DNA of 64,000 bases from Acidimicrobiales bacterium (GTDB taxonomy: Bacteria > Actinomycetota > Acidimicrobiia > Acidimicrobiales > Aldehydirespiratoraceae). Under the pieces are notes generated by a model that saw nothing but the letters and a program-made list of their open reading frames with translations, made no database searches and was not told the origin of the DNA. Position numbers and translations under genes: made by a program. Shown piece after piece: positions 8,721 to 19,982 of this stretch (positions are counted from its first letter, which is position 1; each line of letters begins with the position of its first letter). The stretch is from positions 2,233,442 through 2,297,441 of the forward strand of contig OY730440.1 in the NCBI GenBank assembly GCA_963422655.1. The letters run 5' to 3'.

Positions 8721-9362
8721 ATGGCCACCAAGGCGATCGTGGGTACCAAGATCGGTATGACCCAGATCTGGGACGACGACAACCGAGTCGTTCCTGTCAC
8801 AGTGCTTTCGGTCTTGCCGTGTCGGGTCGTTCAGATCAAGACACCCGGCAACGATGGCTACAGCGCCATCCAGGTGACCTTCGGGAACCAGGATCCGGCT
8901 CGGCTCAATCGACCTGAGGCCGGTCACTTCGCCAAGGTCGGAGTCGAACCGGGCCGCAAGATTCTCGAGCTTCGTCTCGACGACGTGAGCGACTACTCGA
9001 TCGGTCAGCAGATCGGCGCCGATCGGCTGACTTCGGGCGAAAGGGTCGATGTGACCGCGGTGTCCAAGGGCCGCGGGTTCACCGGCGTCATGAAACGTCA
9101 CGGCTTCAAGGGCCAGCCCGCCGGTCACGGCGCCCACAAGGTCCACCGCAAGCCCGGCGCGATCGGCCAGTGCGCCACCCCTTCCCGTGTCTTCAAAGGT
9201 AAGAAGCTCCCGGGCCGCTCCGGTGCGGTCAAGGTCACGACGCTCAATCTCGAGGTCGTCCGGGCCGACAGCAAGGCCGAAGTGGTGCTGGTCAGAGGAT
9301 CCGTCCCCGGACCGGCCGGTGGGACCGTCGTCGTCCGCGACGCGGTGAAAGCTCCGAGGTAG
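8721..9362 (+). CDS. rplC: 50S ribosomal protein L3
   Basis: ATG at 8721 inside ORF 8664..9362. The N-terminus is MATKAIVGTKIGMTQIWD... Confidence 0.96.
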   Translation: MATKAIVGTKIGMTQIWDDDNRVVPVTVLSVLPCRVVQIKTPGNDGYSAIQVTFGNQDPARLNRPEAGHFAKVGVEPGRKILELRLDDVSDYSIGQQIGADRLTSGERVDVTAVSKGRGFTGVMKRHGFKGQPAGHGAHKVHRKPGAIGQCATPSRVFKGKKLPGRSGAVKVTTLNLEVVRADSKAEVVLVRGSVPGPAGGTVVVRDAVKAPR

Positions 9363-9368
9363 CCGGAG

Positions 9369-10034
9369 ATGGGCTCGGTCGAAGTGCTGACCCAGGCCGG
9401 AGAGCCGGTGGGCGAAGTGACCCTGGCCGACTCGGTGTTCGGTGTCGAGCCCAACGTCGGCGTAATGCATCAGGTGGTGACGGCTCAACTGGCCGCCCGC
9501 CGGGCCGGCACCCACTCGACCAAGACCCGGACCGAGGTGGCCGGCGGCGGCGCCAAGCCGTGGAACCAGAAAGGCACTGGTCGGGCCCGTCACGGGTCGA
9601 TCCGTTCGCCTCAATGGCGAGGCGGAGGAGTGGCCCACGGTCCCAAGCCCCGCAGCTACCGTTCGCGCACCCCGAAGAAGATGAAGCGCTTGGCTTTGGC
9701 CTCGGCTCTTTCGGACCGGGCCGCAGCCGGCCGGGTGATCGTGGTGGACCGGTGGCGGTTCGAGGTCCCCCGGACCGCCGACGGCAAAGCCGCGCTGGCT
9801 GCTGTCGGTGCCGAGGGCAAGGTGCTGGTGGTGCTCGAGGACGTGGGTGGCACGGCTTGGAAGAGTTTCCGGAACCTGGCCTCGGTCCACTGCCTGCACC
9901 GCGATGAGCTGAACACCTACGACGTGCTCGACAGCGATGTCGTCGTGTTCACTCGTGATACCCTTCCGGGCCGGCATATTGTTCCGGTCTCCGGCTCCGT
10001 TGAAAGCCTCGACTCCGAGCCCACCGATGCGTGA
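9369..10034 (+). CDS. rplD: 50S ribosomal protein L4
   Basis: 221 aa containing [33 protein letters not shown]. Confidence 0.96.
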   Translation: MGSVEVLTQAGEPVGEVTLADSVFGVEPNVGVMHQVVTAQLAARRAGTHSTKTRTEVAGGGAKPWNQKGTGRARHGSIRSPQWRGGGVAHGPKPRSYRSRTPKKMKRLALASALSDRAAAGRVIVVDRWRFEVPRTADGKAALAAVGAEGKVLVVLEDVGGTAWKSFRNLASVHCLHRDELNTYDVLDSDVVVFTRDTLPGRHIVPVSGSVESLDSEPTDA

Positions 10035-10317
10035 TCATCGCGACGTCGTCATCCGTCCAGTGGTGTCGGAGAAGTCCTATGGGCTGCTCGAGGACAACGT
10101 CTACACCTTCGTTGTGGCCCCGGATTCGACCAAGCCCGAGATCCGTGACGCCGTCGAGGCCGTCTTCGACGTAACCGTCGTGAAGGTCAACACGCTTCAC
10201 CGCAAGCCCAAGCGGCGGCGCGATCGACGCACTCAAAAATGGGGCCGGCGGCCCGGTCAGAAGCGGGCCATCATCACCCTGGCCGAGGGTGACTCGATCG
10301 ATCTGTTCGAGGTCTGA
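10027..10317 (+). CDS. rplW: 50S ribosomal protein L23
   Basis: ATG at 10027 with an 8-nt overlap onto rplD. The N-terminus is [18 protein letters not shown]... Confidence 0.95.
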   Translation: MRDHRDVVIRPVVSEKSYGLLEDNVYTFVVAPDSTKPEIRDAVEAVFDVTVVKVNTLHRKPKRRRDRRTQKWGRRPGQKRAIITLAEGDSIDLFEV

Positions 10318-10319
10318 TC

Positions 10320-11156
10320 ATGGCCGTGCGCAAACGCAATCCTTCGAGCCCCGGGCGCCGCTTCCAGACGGTGCCGGACTTCTCCGAGATAACCAAGTCG
10401 AAGCCAGAGCGAAGCCTGCTGGTCAAGCAGTCGTCCACGGGTGGCCGCAACGCCCAAGGCCGCAAGACCTCCCGCCATCGTGGCGGCGGCCACAAGCAGC
10501 GTTACCGTCGTGTGGACTTCACCCGCAAGAAGGACGGCGTGCCGGCCACGGTAGCCACGATCGAATACGACCCCAACCGAACCTGTCGCATTGCGCTGCT
10601 CCATTATCACGATGGGGAGAAGCGATACATCCTGGCCCCCAAGGGAGTGGTGCCCGGCGACGTCTTGATGTCGGGCCAGGGCAGTGAGATACGACCCGGT
10701 AACGCCATGGCGCTGCGCCATGTCCCGGTGGGTACGACCGTGCACAACGTGGAGCTGAAACCGGGAGCGGGAGGTCGCTTGGCTCGCAGCGCCGGCGCCA
10801 GCGTTCAGCTCGTGGCCAAGGAGGGCGAGTTCGCCACCCTGCGCCTCCCCAGCACGGAGATGCGCCGGGTGCCCATCGCCTGCCGGGCCACCATCGGTGA
10901 GGTCGGCAACGCCGAGCACGAGCTGGTCAAGATCGGCAAGGCCGGCCGCAACCGTTGGAAGGGCGTCAAACCCCAGACCAGGGGGGTGGCCATGAATCCC
11001 GTTGATCATCCCCTCGGCGGTGGTGAGGGCAAGTCTTCGGGCGGCCGCCATCCGGTATCGCCCTGGGGCCAGCCCGAAGGTCGTACCCGGGCCAAGAACA
11101 AGAACTCTGACAAGATGATCGTTCGACGGCGCCGCAAGCGCGGGTCCCGGAGGTAG
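10320..11156 (+). CDS. rplB: 50S ribosomal protein L2
   Basis: 278 aa containing [13 protein letters not shown] and [14 protein letters not shown]. Confidence 0.98.
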   Translation: MAVRKRNPSSPGRRFQTVPDFSEITKSKPERSLLVKQSSTGGRNAQGRKTSRHRGGGHKQRYRRVDFTRKKDGVPATVATIEYDPNRTCRIALLHYHDGEKRYILAPKGVVPGDVLMSGQGSEIRPGNAMALRHVPVGTTVHNVELKPGAGGRLARSAGASVQLVAKEGEFATLRLPSTEMRRVPIACRATIGEVGNAEHELVKIGKAGRNRWKGVKPQTRGVAMNPVDHPLGGGEGKSSGGRHPVSPWGQPEGRTRAKNKNSDKMIVRRRRKRGSRR

Positions 11157-11160
11157 AGCC

Positions 11161-11439
11161 ATGCCCCGTAGCCTTAAAAAAGGTCCATTCGTCGACGAAC
11201 ATCTGTTGAAGAAGGTCGACGAGCTCAACGAGAAGAACGACAAGAAGGTGATCAAGACTTGGTCCAGGCGGTCCACGATCATCCCCGACATGGTCGGGCA
11301 CACGCTGGCCGTGCACGACGGTCGTAAGCACGTGCCGGTGTATGTCACCGAGACCATGGTCGGCCACAAGCTGGGTGAGTTCGCTCCCACCCGGACGTTC
11401 CGGTTCCATGCCGGCCAGGAGAGAGGGACCCGGCGTTGA
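11161..11439 (+). CDS. rpsS: 30S ribosomal protein S19
   Basis: 92 aa containing [11 protein letters not shown] and [17 protein letters not shown]. Confidence 0.98.
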   Translation: MPRSLKKGPFVDEHLLKKVDELNEKNDKKVIKTWSRRSTIIPDMVGHTLAVHDGRKHVPVYVTETMVGHKLGEFAPTRTFRFHAGQERGTRR

Positions 11440-12050
11440 CCAACGGTTCGAAGACCAACGAGCGGCCCGGCACCCGGGCCCGAGCCGGTTACGTGCGGAC
11501 CACCGCTTCCAAGGCCCGGGCCGTCCTTGATCTGATCCGGGGCAAGAGCTACGCCGATGCGGTGGAGATCCTGGCATTTTGCCAACGCGATGCTGCCCAC
11601 CCCATCCGCAAGGTCGTCGATTCGGCGGTGGCCAACGCCGAGCACAACGGCGGGGTCGGTGCCGAGGAACTCTACATCTCGGCCTGCTATGCCGACGAGG
11701 GCCCCACCCAGAAGCGGTGGCGCCCCCGGGCCCGGGGCCGGGCCACCCGGATCCGCAAACGGTCCTGTCACATCACCGTGATCGTCAGCCGTTACGATGA
11801 GGATACCTTGGCGGAGCTTCGGACCCGCCGGGACGGGGCCGGCCCCCGCCGCTCAGTTGCCGCGGCCGAGGCCCGGCGCCGCCGGGTGGCCCGCTCACGG
11901 AAGGCTTCCGAGCCTGCCGGTGAGCAAGCCGCTGCGGTTGGCGCCGACAAAGTGGAAGCTCAGGCCGCGGCCGTGGTCTCGGCTACCGCTGAAGCCTTGG
12001 CCGAGACCGACGCCGGCCCCGGCGCCGACCGCGAGACGAAGGAAGCCTGA
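11436..12050 (+). CDS. rplV: 50S ribosomal protein L22 with long Ala/Arg-rich C-terminal tail
   Basis: TTG start at 11436 overlaps the rpsS stop. The core is [23 protein letters not shown]..., followed by a tail of about 85 aa. Confidence 0.93.
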   Translation: MTNGSKTNERPGTRARAGYVRTTASKARAVLDLIRGKSYADAVEILAFCQRDAAHPIRKVVDSAVANAEHNGGVGAEELYISACYADEGPTQKRWRPRARGRATRIRKRSCHITVIVSRYDEDTLAELRTRRDGAGPRRSVAAAEARRRRVARSRKASEPAGEQAAAVGADKVEAQAAAVVSATAEALAETDAGPGADRETKEA

Positions 12051-12949
12051 TGGGCCAGAAGGTCAACCCCTACGGATTCCGCCTCGGGGTCACCACCGAG
12101 TGGAAGAGCCGATGGTTCGCCAACCGGCATGATTATGCCAGCAACGTCATCGAGGACTGGAAGATCCGGCACTTCTTGATGACCGAGCTCCCTCACGCCG
12201 CCATAAGCCGGGTCGAAGTGGAGCGCACCCGGGACCGGCTCCGGGTCGACGTTCACACGGCCCGGCCCGGCATCGTCATCGGCCGCCGGGGCGTCGAGGC
12301 CGACCGGCTCCGGGCCGGCCTGACCGAGATCAGCGGCAATCCCAGGGTTCAACTCAACATCCAGGAGATCAAGCAGCCCGAGCTCGACGCGGCCCTCATC
12401 GCCCAAGGCGTGGCCGACCAGCTCACCGGTCGGATCGCCTTCCGCCGGGCTATGAAGCGGGCGGTGCAGAACGCTCAGAAGGCTGGGGCTCTGGGGATCC
12501 GGGTCCAGTGCTCGGGCCGCCTCGGCGGTTCCGAGATGGCTCGCACCGAGTGGTACCGAGAGGGTCGGGTCCCGTTGCACACCCTGCGAGCCGACGTCGA
12601 TTACGGTTTTCGGGAGGCTCGCACCACCTATGGCCGCATCGGGGTGAAAGTGTGGCTCTACAAGGGTGACATCCTGCCCTACAGGACGGTGTCGGGGGAC
12701 AAGGCCGAGAAGGAAGCGGCCATGGCAGTGGGCGAGACGTCTGGTCCCGGGGCTCGGCCCCGTAAGGTCGTGTCGTCCTCTGCGGCCCGCCGCCGCGACC
12801 AGGGCGACGACATGGCCGATGGGGAGCCGGCGCCGCTCATCAAGGAGGCCGATCCCGAGTTCGAGAAGCTGCTCGACGAGGAGGCTGCCATAGAGGCCTT
12901 TACCCGTGAGCATCACGAGACACCACACTTCCGACCCACCGACGAGTGA
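12050..12949 (+). CDS. rpsC: 30S ribosomal protein S3 with acidic C-terminal extension
   Basis: ATGA overlap with rplV. The N-terminus is [13 protein letters not shown]... At 299 aa the protein has an extended tail. Confidence 0.96.
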   Translation: MGQKVNPYGFRLGVTTEWKSRWFANRHDYASNVIEDWKIRHFLMTELPHAAISRVEVERTRDRLRVDVHTARPGIVIGRRGVEADRLRAGLTEISGNPRVQLNIQEIKQPELDAALIAQGVADQLTGRIAFRRAMKRAVQNAQKAGALGIRVQCSGRLGGSEMARTEWYREGRVPLHTLRADVDYGFREARTTYGRIGVKVWLYKGDILPYRTVSGDKAEKEAAMAVGETSGPGARPRKVVSSSAARRRDQGDDMADGEPAPLIKEADPEFEKLLDEEAAIEAFTREHHETPHFRPTDE

Positions 12950-12954
12950 TTGCC

Positions 12955-13368
12955 ATGTTGATGCCGCGCAAGGTCATGCACCGAAAACACCATCGAGGCC
13001 GTACCAAGGGGATCTCGAAGGGGGGGACCGAAGTCGCCCACGGCGACTTCGGGATCCAGGCCCTGGAACCAGGGTGGATCACCTCCCGCCAGATCGAGGC
13101 GGCCCGGGTGGCCATGACTCGCCACATCAAGAGAGGCGGCAAGGTTTGGATCAACGTCTTCCCCGACAAACCTGTCACCCAGAAACCGGCTGAGACCCGA
13201 ATGGGTTCGGGCAAGGGTAACCCCGAGCACTGGGTGGCGGTGGTCCGGCCCGGGCGAGTCCTGTTCGAGCTCTCCTATCACGACGAGCAGGTAGCCCGGG
13301 GAGCTATCGACCGGGCTATCCAGAAGTTGCCGATAAAGGCCCGGTTCGTGAGCCGAGAGGATGTCTAG
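12955..13368 (+). CDS. rplP: 50S ribosomal protein L16
   Basis: [16 protein letters not shown]... ATG at 12955 is preferred over the GTG at 12946 that opens the ORF. Confidence 0.95.
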   Translation: MLMPRKVMHRKHHRGRTKGISKGGTEVAHGDFGIQALEPGWITSRQIEAARVAMTRHIKRGGKVWINVFPDKPVTQKPAETRMGSGKGNPEHWVAVVRPGRVLFELSYHDEQVARGAIDRAIQKLPIKARFVSREDV

Positions 13369-13587
13369 ATGGCCCGTGCCAAAGCCCTGACCGACCTCGG
13401 AACCGCCGACCTTGTGGAGAAGTTGTCCGACACCAAGACCGAACTGTTCAACCTGCGCTTCCAGCACGCCACCGGCCAACTCGACAACACCGCCCGGCTC
13501 AGGCAGTTGAAGAAGGAGGTGGCCCGGGTGATGACCGAGCTTCGGGCCCGCCAGATGGAACCGAGCGTCAGGAGTACCGATGACTGA
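13369..13587 (+). CDS. rpmC: 50S ribosomal protein L29
   Basis: 72 aa containing [30 protein letters not shown]. Confidence 0.95.
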   Translation: MARAKALTDLGTADLVEKLSDTKTELFNLRFQHATGQLDNTARLRQLKKEVARVMTELRARQMEPSVRSTDD

Positions 13588-13867
13588 GGACACCCCCCGA
13601 TCCGGTGGCGCCGGGGCGCGCAACTCCCCCAAGGTCCGTGAAGGGCTGGTGGTGTCGAACCGGATGGACAAGACCGTCATCGTCGCCTCGACCGCTCGGG
13701 TCCGGCACCGCCGCTACGGCAAGACCGTTCGCCGGACCACCAGCCTGGTCGTCCACGACGGCAACAACGAGCTCAACGTGGGCGACCGGGTGAGGGTTTG
13801 CGAGACACGGCCCCTGTCCAAGACCAAGCGCTGGCGTCTGGTGGAGATCCTGGAGCGGGCCAGATGA
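13580..13867 (+). CDS. rpsQ: 30S ribosomal protein S17
   Basis: 95 aa containing [18 protein letters not shown]...[10 protein letters not shown]. It overlaps rpmC by 8 nt. Confidence 0.95.
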   Translation: MTEDTPRSGGAGARNSPKVREGLVVSNRMDKTVIVASTARVRHRRYGKTVRRTTSLVVHDGNNELNVGDRVRVCETRPLSKTKRWRLVEILERAR

Positions 13868-14232
13868 TCCAGCAGGAGTCGCGGCTGCGTGTCGCTGACA
13901 ACTCGGGGGCCAAGGAGGTCTTGTGCATCAAGGTCTTGGGCGGTTCCAAGCGCCGCTACGCATCCATAGGCGATGTGTTCGTGGCCACCGTGAAGGATGC
14001 CATCCCGGGCGCCGGGGTCAAGAAGGGCGAGCTCGTCCGTTGCGTCGTGGTGCGCACCCGTAAGGAGCGGCGCCGCCCCGACGGCAGCTACATCCGCTTC
14101 GACGAGAACGCAGCCGTGCTCATCAACGACCAGCGCCAGCCCCGAGGCACTCGCATCTTCGGCCCGGTCGGCCGCGAGCTACGCGACAAGCAGTTCATGC
14201 GCATCGTTTCATTGGCCCCGGAGGTTCTCTGA
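13864..14232 (+). CDS. rplN: 50S ribosomal protein L14
   Basis: ATG at 13864 forms an ATGA overlap with rpsQ. The N-terminus is [18 protein letters not shown]... Confidence 0.97.
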   Translation: MIQQESRLRVADNSGAKEVLCIKVLGGSKRRYASIGDVFVATVKDAIPGAGVKKGELVRCVVVRTRKERRRPDGSYIRFDENAAVLINDQRQPRGTRIFGPVGRELRDKQFMRIVSLAPEVL

Positions 14233-14567
14233 TGGCTTCGAACCGCAAGCGCCGCTCGCTGAAGATCCTCGAGGGTGACCGGGTCGTGGTGTTGTCCGGC
14301 AAGGACAGGGGAGTCTCCGGCGTGGTCGAACGGTCCCTGCCCGAACAGGGAAAGGTGATCGTCGAGGGGGTCAACGTGGCCCGCAAGCACCAAGCCCCCA
14401 CCCGCCAGGCCCAGCAGGGCGGGATCATCGACAGGGCCATGCCCATCGATGTGTCGAACGTGGCTGTGGTGAGCCCCGCCGACGGCAGACCGACCCGAGT
14501 CGGCTACCGGTTCACCCCCGAGGGAGCCAAGGTCCGGATCTGCAAGCGCACCGGAGCCGATCTGTGA
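14232..14567 (+). CDS. rplX: 50S ribosomal protein L24
   Basis: 111 aa with a KOW-like [20 protein letters not shown]. Confidence 0.95.
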   Translation: MASNRKRRSLKILEGDRVVVLSGKDRGVSGVVERSLPEQGKVIVEGVNVARKHQAPTRQAQQGGIIDRAMPIDVSNVAVVSPADGRPTRVGYRFTPEGAKVRICKRTGADL

Positions 14568-15139
14568 TGGCGACCGCTACCTATGTCCCGCGCCTGCGGT
14601 CCCGCTTCGACACCGAGATCAAACCGGCGCTGATGGCCGACATCGGTCTTTCCAATGTGATGATGGTGCCCAGGCTCGAGAAGATCGTTCTCAACGTGGG
14701 CGTCGGCGGTGCCATCAGCCAGGCCCGGCTCTTGGAGGGCGCGCTGGCCGACGTGGAGACCATCGCCGGCCAGAAGCCGGTGATCACCCGGGCCAAGCGG
14801 CCTCTGGCCAGCTTCAAGCTGCGAGCTGGCATGGCCATCGGATGCAAGGTCACCCTCCGGGGCGACCGGATGTACGAGTTCCTCGACCGGCTCATCACAC
14901 TGGCCATTCCCCGCATCCGCGACTTTCGGGGCCTGCCGCCCCGGTCCTTCGACGGCCACGGCAACTACACCTTCGGAGTGACCGAGCAGCTCATGTTTCC
15001 CGAGATCGACTACGACACCGTGGATACCACCCGAGGTATGGACATAACGATCGTCACCACGGCGAAGTCCGATGAAGCGGGCCGGGCCCTGCTGTCGGGT
15101 TTCGGTTTTCCGTTTCGTCCCGAACAGGGAGGGCAGTGA
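14564..15139 (+). CDS. rplE: 50S ribosomal protein L5
   Basis: 191 aa containing [14 protein letters not shown]. The start is GTG 14564 or ATG 14567. Confidence 0.96.
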   Translation: MMATATYVPRLRSRFDTEIKPALMADIGLSNVMMVPRLEKIVLNVGVGGAISQARLLEGALADVETIAGQKPVITRAKRPLASFKLRAGMAIGCKVTLRGDRMYEFLDRLITLAIPRIRDFRGLPPRSFDGHGNYTFGVTEQLMFPEIDYDTVDTTRGMDITIVTTAKSDEAGRALLSGFGFPFRPEQGGQ

Positions 15140-15145
15140 AGGGAT

Positions 15146-15331
15146 ATGGCCAGGAAGGCTCTGAAAGAGAAGCAGCGCCGCACCCCCAAGTTCAAGGTGC
15201 GGGCCTACACTCGGTGCCGCCGGTGCGGCCGACCCCGCTCGGTGTACAGGAAGTTCGGCCTCTGCCGTATCTGCCTGCGCGATCTCGCCCATGCCGGCGA
15301 GCTGCCAGGAGTGAAGAAGGCGAGCTGGTGA
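15146..15331 (+). CDS. rpsN: 30S ribosomal protein S14, type Z (zinc-binding)
   Basis: 61 aa with [20 protein letters not shown]. Confidence 0.96.
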   Translation: MARKALKEKQRRTPKFKVRAYTRCRRCGRPRSVYRKFGLCRICLRDLAHAGELPGVKKASW

Positions 15332-15343
15332 GGTGATGCAGAC

Positions 15344-15748
15344 ATGACGATGACAGATCCGATTGCCGACATGCTCACCCGCATTCGCAACGCCAACACA
15401 GCTATGCACGACGAGGTGTCGATGCCGTCCTCCAACCAGAAACGGGCTCTGGCCGAGGTACTTGAACGGGAGGGCTACATCGCCTCTTACATCGAAGAGC
15501 GCAACGGCAACCGGCCCGGCAAGAAGTTGACGATCGAGATGAAGTACTCGCCGGAGCGGAGCCGCGTCATTTCAGGGCTCCAGCGGGTGTCCAAGCCCGG
15601 CCTGCGCATTTACCGCAAGCGAAACGAGATCCCCAGGGTCCAGGGCGGTCTGGGCGTGGCAGTGGTGTCGACCAGCCGGGGGCTCATGAGCGACCGCGAG
15701 GCGAGGAGGAACCGCATGGGCGGCGAGATCCTCTGCTTCGTTTGGTGA
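15344..15748 (+). CDS. rpsH: 30S ribosomal protein S8
   Basis: 134 aa with MTMTDPIADMLTRIRNA... Confidence 0.96.
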   Translation: MTMTDPIADMLTRIRNANTAMHDEVSMPSSNQKRALAEVLEREGYIASYIEERNGNRPGKKLTIEMKYSPERSRVISGLQRVSKPGLRIYRKRNEIPRVQGGLGVAVVSTSRGLMSDREARRNRMGGEILCFVW

Positions 15749-15756
15749 GGAGAGAG

Positions 15757-16296
15757 ATGAGCCGGGTGGGCAAGGCCCCCATCACCGTCCCCAGCGGTGT
15801 GACCGCGACGATCGACGGGCGCACCGTTACGGTGGAAGGCGCCAAGGGCAAGCTCCAACGGGAGCTGCCCGGCTTCATCACCGCCAGCCTCCGAGACGGC
15901 ACCTTGCAACTGGAGCGATCCGACGACACCAAGCAGAGCAAGTCCTTGCACGGGCTGGCCCGCTCGCTGGTGCAGAACATGGTCACCGGTGTCAGCCAGG
16001 GGTTCATGAAGGAGCTACGGATCCAGGGAGTCGGGTATCGAGCCCAAGCCCAAGGCCCGAGTACCATCGAGCTGGCTCTCGGTTTCAGCCATCCGGTGCG
16101 GATCGAGGCCCCCGACGGGGTGGAGTTCGAGGTGCCCACCCAGACTCGCATCTTGGTGAAGGGGATCGACAAGCAACTGGTGGGCCAAGTAGCCGCCGAC
16201 ATCCGCAAGTGGCGCAAACCCGAACCCTACAAGGGTAAGGGGATCCGCTACGCCGACGAGCGAGTCGTTCGCAAAGCCGGGAAGGCGGCCAAGTGA
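15757..16296 (+). CDS. rplF: 50S ribosomal protein L6
   Basis: ATG at 15757 inside ORF 15742. The N-terminus is MSRVGKAPITVPSGV... Confidence 0.96.
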   Translation: MSRVGKAPITVPSGVTATIDGRTVTVEGAKGKLQRELPGFITASLRDGTLQLERSDDTKQSKSLHGLARSLVQNMVTGVSQGFMKELRIQGVGYRAQAQGPSTIELALGFSHPVRIEAPDGVEFEVPTQTRILVKGIDKQLVGQVAADIRKWRKPEPYKGKGIRYADERVVRKAGKAAK

Positions 16297-16329
16297 CGGC
16301 CGTACCGGCACCGGCGACCCGGCGCAACC

Positions 16330-16704
16330 ATGGCTGATCGAGCCCGAAACCGTCGAGAGGGCCGGCTCCGTCGACATCGGAGGGTGCGCAAGACCGTACA
16401 GGGCACCCCGCAACGCCCCCGTCTGTCGGTGTTTCGTTCCAGCCGCCACATTGTGGCCCAGGTGATCGATGACACCAACGGCGTGACCCTGGTATCGGCC
16501 TCCACTCTCGAGCCCGATCTGAGGACCGCCACTGCCGACCAAGGCGGAAACGTAGCTGCCGCCACCACGGTGGGTGCCTTGGTGGCGCAGCGGGCCATGC
16601 AGGCCGGTATCTCGACGGTGGTATTCGACCGAGGCGGCTACCGCTACCACGGCCGAGTGGCAGCACTGGCCGACGCCGCCCGTGAAGCAGGATTGGAGTT
16701 CTAG
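16330..16704 (+). CDS. rplR: 50S ribosomal protein L18
   Basis: 124 aa containing [18 protein letters not shown]. Confidence 0.95.
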   Translation: MADRARNRREGRLRRHRRVRKTVQGTPQRPRLSVFRSSRHIVAQVIDDTNGVTLVSASTLEPDLRTATADQGGNVAAATTVGALVAQRAMQAGISTVVFDRGGYRYHGRVAALADAAREAGLEF

Positions 16705-17289
16705 ATGGCCGAGGCATCCCCCACCCCCGAGGGGCAACTGCGCGAATCGCGCGTCATCCATATCAACCGGGTGGCCAAGGTGGTGAAGGGCGGCCGCCGA
16801 TTCTCATTCACCGCGCTGGTGGTGATCGGCGACGGCGCCGGCCGGGTCGGGCTGGGTTACGGCAAGGCCAAGGAGGTGCCGCTGGCCATCCAGAAGGGCA
16901 CCGAGGAGGCCAGACGCAACGTGTTCTCGGTGCCTATGGCGGGCAGCACCATCATTCATCCCGTGATCGGGACCATGGGCGCAGGCCGAGTGCTGCTCAA
17001 GCCGGCTGCGCCCGGCACCGGTGTGATCGCCGGCGGCGCGGCCCGAGCCATTCTCGAGGAGGCCGGCGTCAGCGACGTGCTCTGCAAGTCGCTGGGTTCG
17101 TCCAATCACATCAACGTGGCCCGGGCCACCATCGTCGGGCTCCAGAGCCTGCGGCGACCCGACGAAGTGGCTCGCCTCAGGGGCTTGGATCCCGAGGAGT
17201 TCCTTCCCGCCAGCCTGTGGGCCGCCTATACCCGAACCGAACGGTCTCTGTCCGGCTCGGCCCCGACCGCCTCTGCTGAAGCCGTGTGA
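16705..17289 (+). CDS. rpsE: 30S ribosomal protein S5
   Basis: 194 aa containing [28 protein letters not shown]. Confidence 0.96.
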   Translation: MAEASPTPEGQLRESRVIHINRVAKVVKGGRRFSFTALVVIGDGAGRVGLGYGKAKEVPLAIQKGTEEARRNVFSVPMAGSTIIHPVIGTMGAGRVLLKPAAPGTGVIAGGAARAILEEAGVSDVLCKSLGSSNHINVARATIVGLQSLRRPDEVARLRGLDPEEFLPASLWAAYTRTERSLSGSAPTASAEAV

Positions 17290-17468
17290 TGAAACTGGTC
17301 GTCACGCAGATCCGCTCGGCCACGGGGGCCAAGCCCAAGCAGCGCGGTACGCTGCGGGCACTGGGCCTGGGCCGTATCGGCAAGCAGAATAGGTTGCCTG
17401 ACCGGCCCGAGATACGGGGCATGATCGGGCGGGTTCCCCATCTCGTCCGGGTCGAGGAGGTCGATTGA
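17289..17468 (+). CDS. rpmD: 50S ribosomal protein L30
   Basis: [30 protein letters not shown] at 17289 overlaps the rpsE stop; the ORF track opens at GTG 17286. Confidence 0.93.
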   Translation: MKLVVTQIRSATGAKPKQRGTLRALGLGRIGKQNRLPDRPEIRGMIGRVPHLVRVEEVD

Positions 17469-17963
17469 ATGATCAAGCTTCACGATCTGCGCCCCGTACC
17501 CGGGTCTCACCGGCCCGCCAGGAGGGTGGGCCGAGGCATCGGAGGCAAGGGCGGCAAGACCGCGGGCCGAGGCACCAAAGGCCAGCGGGCCCGCAGCAAG
17601 GTCCCGGCCGGCTTCGAGGGCGGCCAGATGCCACTGCTCCAGCGAGTGCCCAAGTGGCGGGGCTTCACCAACCCGTTCCGGGTCGAGTACCAAGCCGTCA
17701 ATCTGGACACTATCGACGCGACCGGCCTCGACGAGATCTCACCTGAGATCCTGTTCTCGAGAGGTTTGGTGTCGAAGGGGGCCCTGGTGAAGGTGTTGGC
17801 CCGGGGCCGGATCGATCGAGCGGTCGAGGTGAGGGCCCATGCCGTGTCGGGCCGGGCCGAAGCTGCCATAATCTCCGCCGGCGGCAGGGTGGAGATCCTG
17901 GCGCTGCCGTGGGGCGACCGCCGCCCGCCGCACGGCAGCTACAACCAGCACACCAACCGCTGA
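17469..17963 (+). CDS. rplO: 50S ribosomal protein L15
   Basis: 164 aa containing RRVGRGIGGKGGKTAGRGTKGQ. Confidence 0.96.
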   Translation: MIKLHDLRPVPGSHRPARRVGRGIGGKGGKTAGRGTKGQRARSKVPAGFEGGQMPLLQRVPKWRGFTNPFRVEYQAVNLDTIDATGLDEISPEILFSRGLVSKGALVKVLARGRIDRAVEVRAHAVSGRAEAAIISAGGRVEILALPWGDRRPPHGSYNQHTNR

Positions 17964-17978
17964 GAACCGGAGCTGGCC

Positions 17979-19307
17979 GTGCTGTCTCGAGTGCTCAACA
18001 TGTTCCGCATACCGGACCTGCGGAACAAGATCGTGTTCACGCTGGCCGTGATCGGCGTCTACCGGCTCGGTGCCTTCATACCCGCGCCCGGGGTCGATAT
18101 AGACGCTGTGCAACTGATGCGTGATCAAGCCAACTCGGTGGGGGGCATCCTCGGCTTCGTCCAGTTGTTCTCGGGAGGGGCGTTGACCCAGTTCGCCATC
18201 TTCGCCTTGGGCATCATGCCCTACATCACGGCTTCGATCATCATGCAGGTTCTCGGCGTTGTCATCCCCCGCATAGAGCAGTGGCAGCAGCAAGGAGCCA
18301 TCGGCCAGCGCAAGATCACCCAGTGGACCCGCTACCTCACTATCGGCATCGCATTGGTTCAATCCACCAGCTTCGCTTTCCTGTTCCACAACGGAGCCTT
18401 GGTGGGCGGGATCGACTTGCTTCCCAACTTCACGGTGTGGACGGTGTTCATCGTGGTGCTCACCCTCACGACCGGCACCGCCCTTTTGATGTGGATGGGC
18501 GAGCTGATCACTCAGCGAGGCATCGGAAACGGCATGTCGTTGCTGATTTTCACCAGCGTGGTGTCGTCATTGCCGGCCCAGTTGTCGGCCGTGCACGCCG
18601 ACAACGGCCGCACGGCGCTCGCCGGCTTCGTGGCGGTGGCGGTGGCGTTGCTGGTGGCCATCGTCTTCGTCGAGCAGGGTCAGCGCCGCATTCCCGTGCA
18701 GTTCGCCAAGCGGGTGGTCGGTCGCCGCATGTATGGCGGTCAGAGCACTTACATACCGCTGAAGGTCAACCAGTCGGGTGTGATTCCCATCATCTTCGCC
18801 AGCTCGGTGCTGTACCTGCCCACCCTGATCGGGGCGGCCATGCCCTCGGGCGGTATCGGCGGTTCCGTCCAGGGGTTCGTCCAGAATCACCTGACCAGAA
18901 CGACCAGCCCGGTGTACCTCTTCTTCTTCGGGTTGATGATCATCGGCTTCGCCTATTTCTACACCGCTATCACCTTCGACCCGGCCAAACAGGCCGATAC
19001 CATCCGCAAGCAGGGTGGTTTCATCCCCGGAATCCGGCCCGGCCCTCAGACGGAGCGTTATCTGGCCCGGATCCTGTCCCGTATCACCTTTCCCGGCGCG
19101 CTGTTCATCGCCGCGGTGGCGTTGATCCCCTCGATCCTGATTGCCGCCACCATCGGCACCGACGTGGGCGCAGGCGCGGGCGGGGGCGCCGGTTCGTTCG
19201 CTTTCGGTGGTATCTCGCTACTGATCGCGTCCGGGGTGGCGCTGGAGACGATGAAGCAGATCGACAGCCAACTCATGATGCGCAACTACGAGGGCTTTCT
19301 GAAGTAG
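17979..19307 (+). CDS. secY: Preprotein translocase subunit SecY
   Basis: 442-aa polytopic ORF with a GTG start. It contains GALTQFAIFALGIMPYITASIIMQ and follows rplO. Confidence 0.97.
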   Translation: MLSRVLNMFRIPDLRNKIVFTLAVIGVYRLGAFIPAPGVDIDAVQLMRDQANSVGGILGFVQLFSGGALTQFAIFALGIMPYITASIIMQVLGVVIPRIEQWQQQGAIGQRKITQWTRYLTIGIALVQSTSFAFLFHNGALVGGIDLLPNFTVWTVFIVVLTLTTGTALLMWMGELITQRGIGNGMSLLIFTSVVSSLPAQLSAVHADNGRTALAGFVAVAVALLVAIVFVEQGQRRIPVQFAKRVVGRRMYGGQSTYIPLKVNQSGVIPIIFASSVLYLPTLIGAAMPSGGIGGSVQGFVQNHLTRTTSPVYLFFFGLMIIGFAYFYTAITFDPAKQADTIRKQGGFIPGIRPGPQTERYLARILSRITFPGALFIAAVALIPSILIAATIGTDVGAGAGGGAGSFAFGGISLLIASGVALETMKQIDSQLMMRNYEGFLK

Positions 19308-19880
19308 ATGGCGCCGGTGCGCATGGTCATCTTGGGTCGTCAGGGCTCGGGAAAGGGAACGCAGTCGTCTCGGCTCGTCGAGTCCTACGGATGCGTGCAC
19401 GTGTCCACCGGCGACATGTTGCGGGCCGCAGTTCGAGCGGGCACCGAGTTCGGCCGCCAGGCCGAGGCAGTCATGCAGGCAGGGGGCCTCGTCGGCGACG
19501 AGATCATGAACGAGATCGTTCGGGAGCGATTGGGCCGCCACGACATCATGACCGGCGGGGTGCTGCTCGACGGCTTTCCCCGGACCGCCGACCAAGCCGA
19601 CGCCTTGGAGTCGATCCTGGCCGAGCGTGGCCAGAGCCTGATCGTGGCCGTCAACCTGGATGTGCCCATCGACGAGGTGAAGGACCGGATGATGCAGCGG
19701 GGCCGTTCCGACGATACCTCCGATGCGATTTCTCGCCGCTTGGCCCTCTATGAGGAGCAGACCGCCCCGTTGCTGGATTGGTTTCGCCGCCGTGACTTGC
19801 TGGTGACCGTGGACGGGCTGGGAACCCCCGACCAAGTGTTCGACCGGCTGGTGGAGGTAGTGGAAGATCGGATTCGATGA
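19308..19880 (+). CDS. adk: Adenylate kinase
   Basis: 190 aa with P-loop [10 protein letters not shown] and LLDGFPRT. It directly follows secY. Confidence 0.96.
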   Translation: MAPVRMVILGRQGSGKGTQSSRLVESYGCVHVSTGDMLRAAVRAGTEFGRQAEAVMQAGGLVGDEIMNEIVRERLGRHDIMTGGVLLDGFPRTADQADALESILAERGQSLIVAVNLDVPIDEVKDRMMQRGRSDDTSDAISRRLALYEEQTAPLLDWFRRRDLLVTVDGLGTPDQVFDRLVEVVEDRIR

Positions 19881-19954
19881 CTTGCTCTTGCTTACTCGTC
19901 GAGGGTGGTGCAAGTCACCGGCTGGACAGCCTGGGGGGTGGGGGCGGCGCAGGG

Positions 19955-19982
19955 TTGGACCGGCTCCGGGCCGTGGTAGTAT
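19955..19982 (+). promoter_or_regulatory. Putative sigma-70-type promoter for infA-rpmJ-rpsM...
   Basis: TTGGAC (19955-19960), a 16-nt spacer, then TAGTAT (19977-19982), about 60 nt upstream of the infA start. Confidence 0.25.

Noticed and set aside
8685-11771. Long minus-strand ORFs (8685..9977, 430 aa; 10257..11771, 504 aa) antisense to rplC-rplD-rplW-rplB-rpsS-rplV
   Set aside because: They are antisense to unmistakable ribosomal protein genes. The translations are RGP-rich with no motifs, an artefact of GC-rich codon bias.
18281-19753. 490-aa plus-strand ORF overlapping secY and adk out of frame
   Set aside because: It is a shadow frame of two highly conserved genes, extremely Arg/Gly/His-rich.
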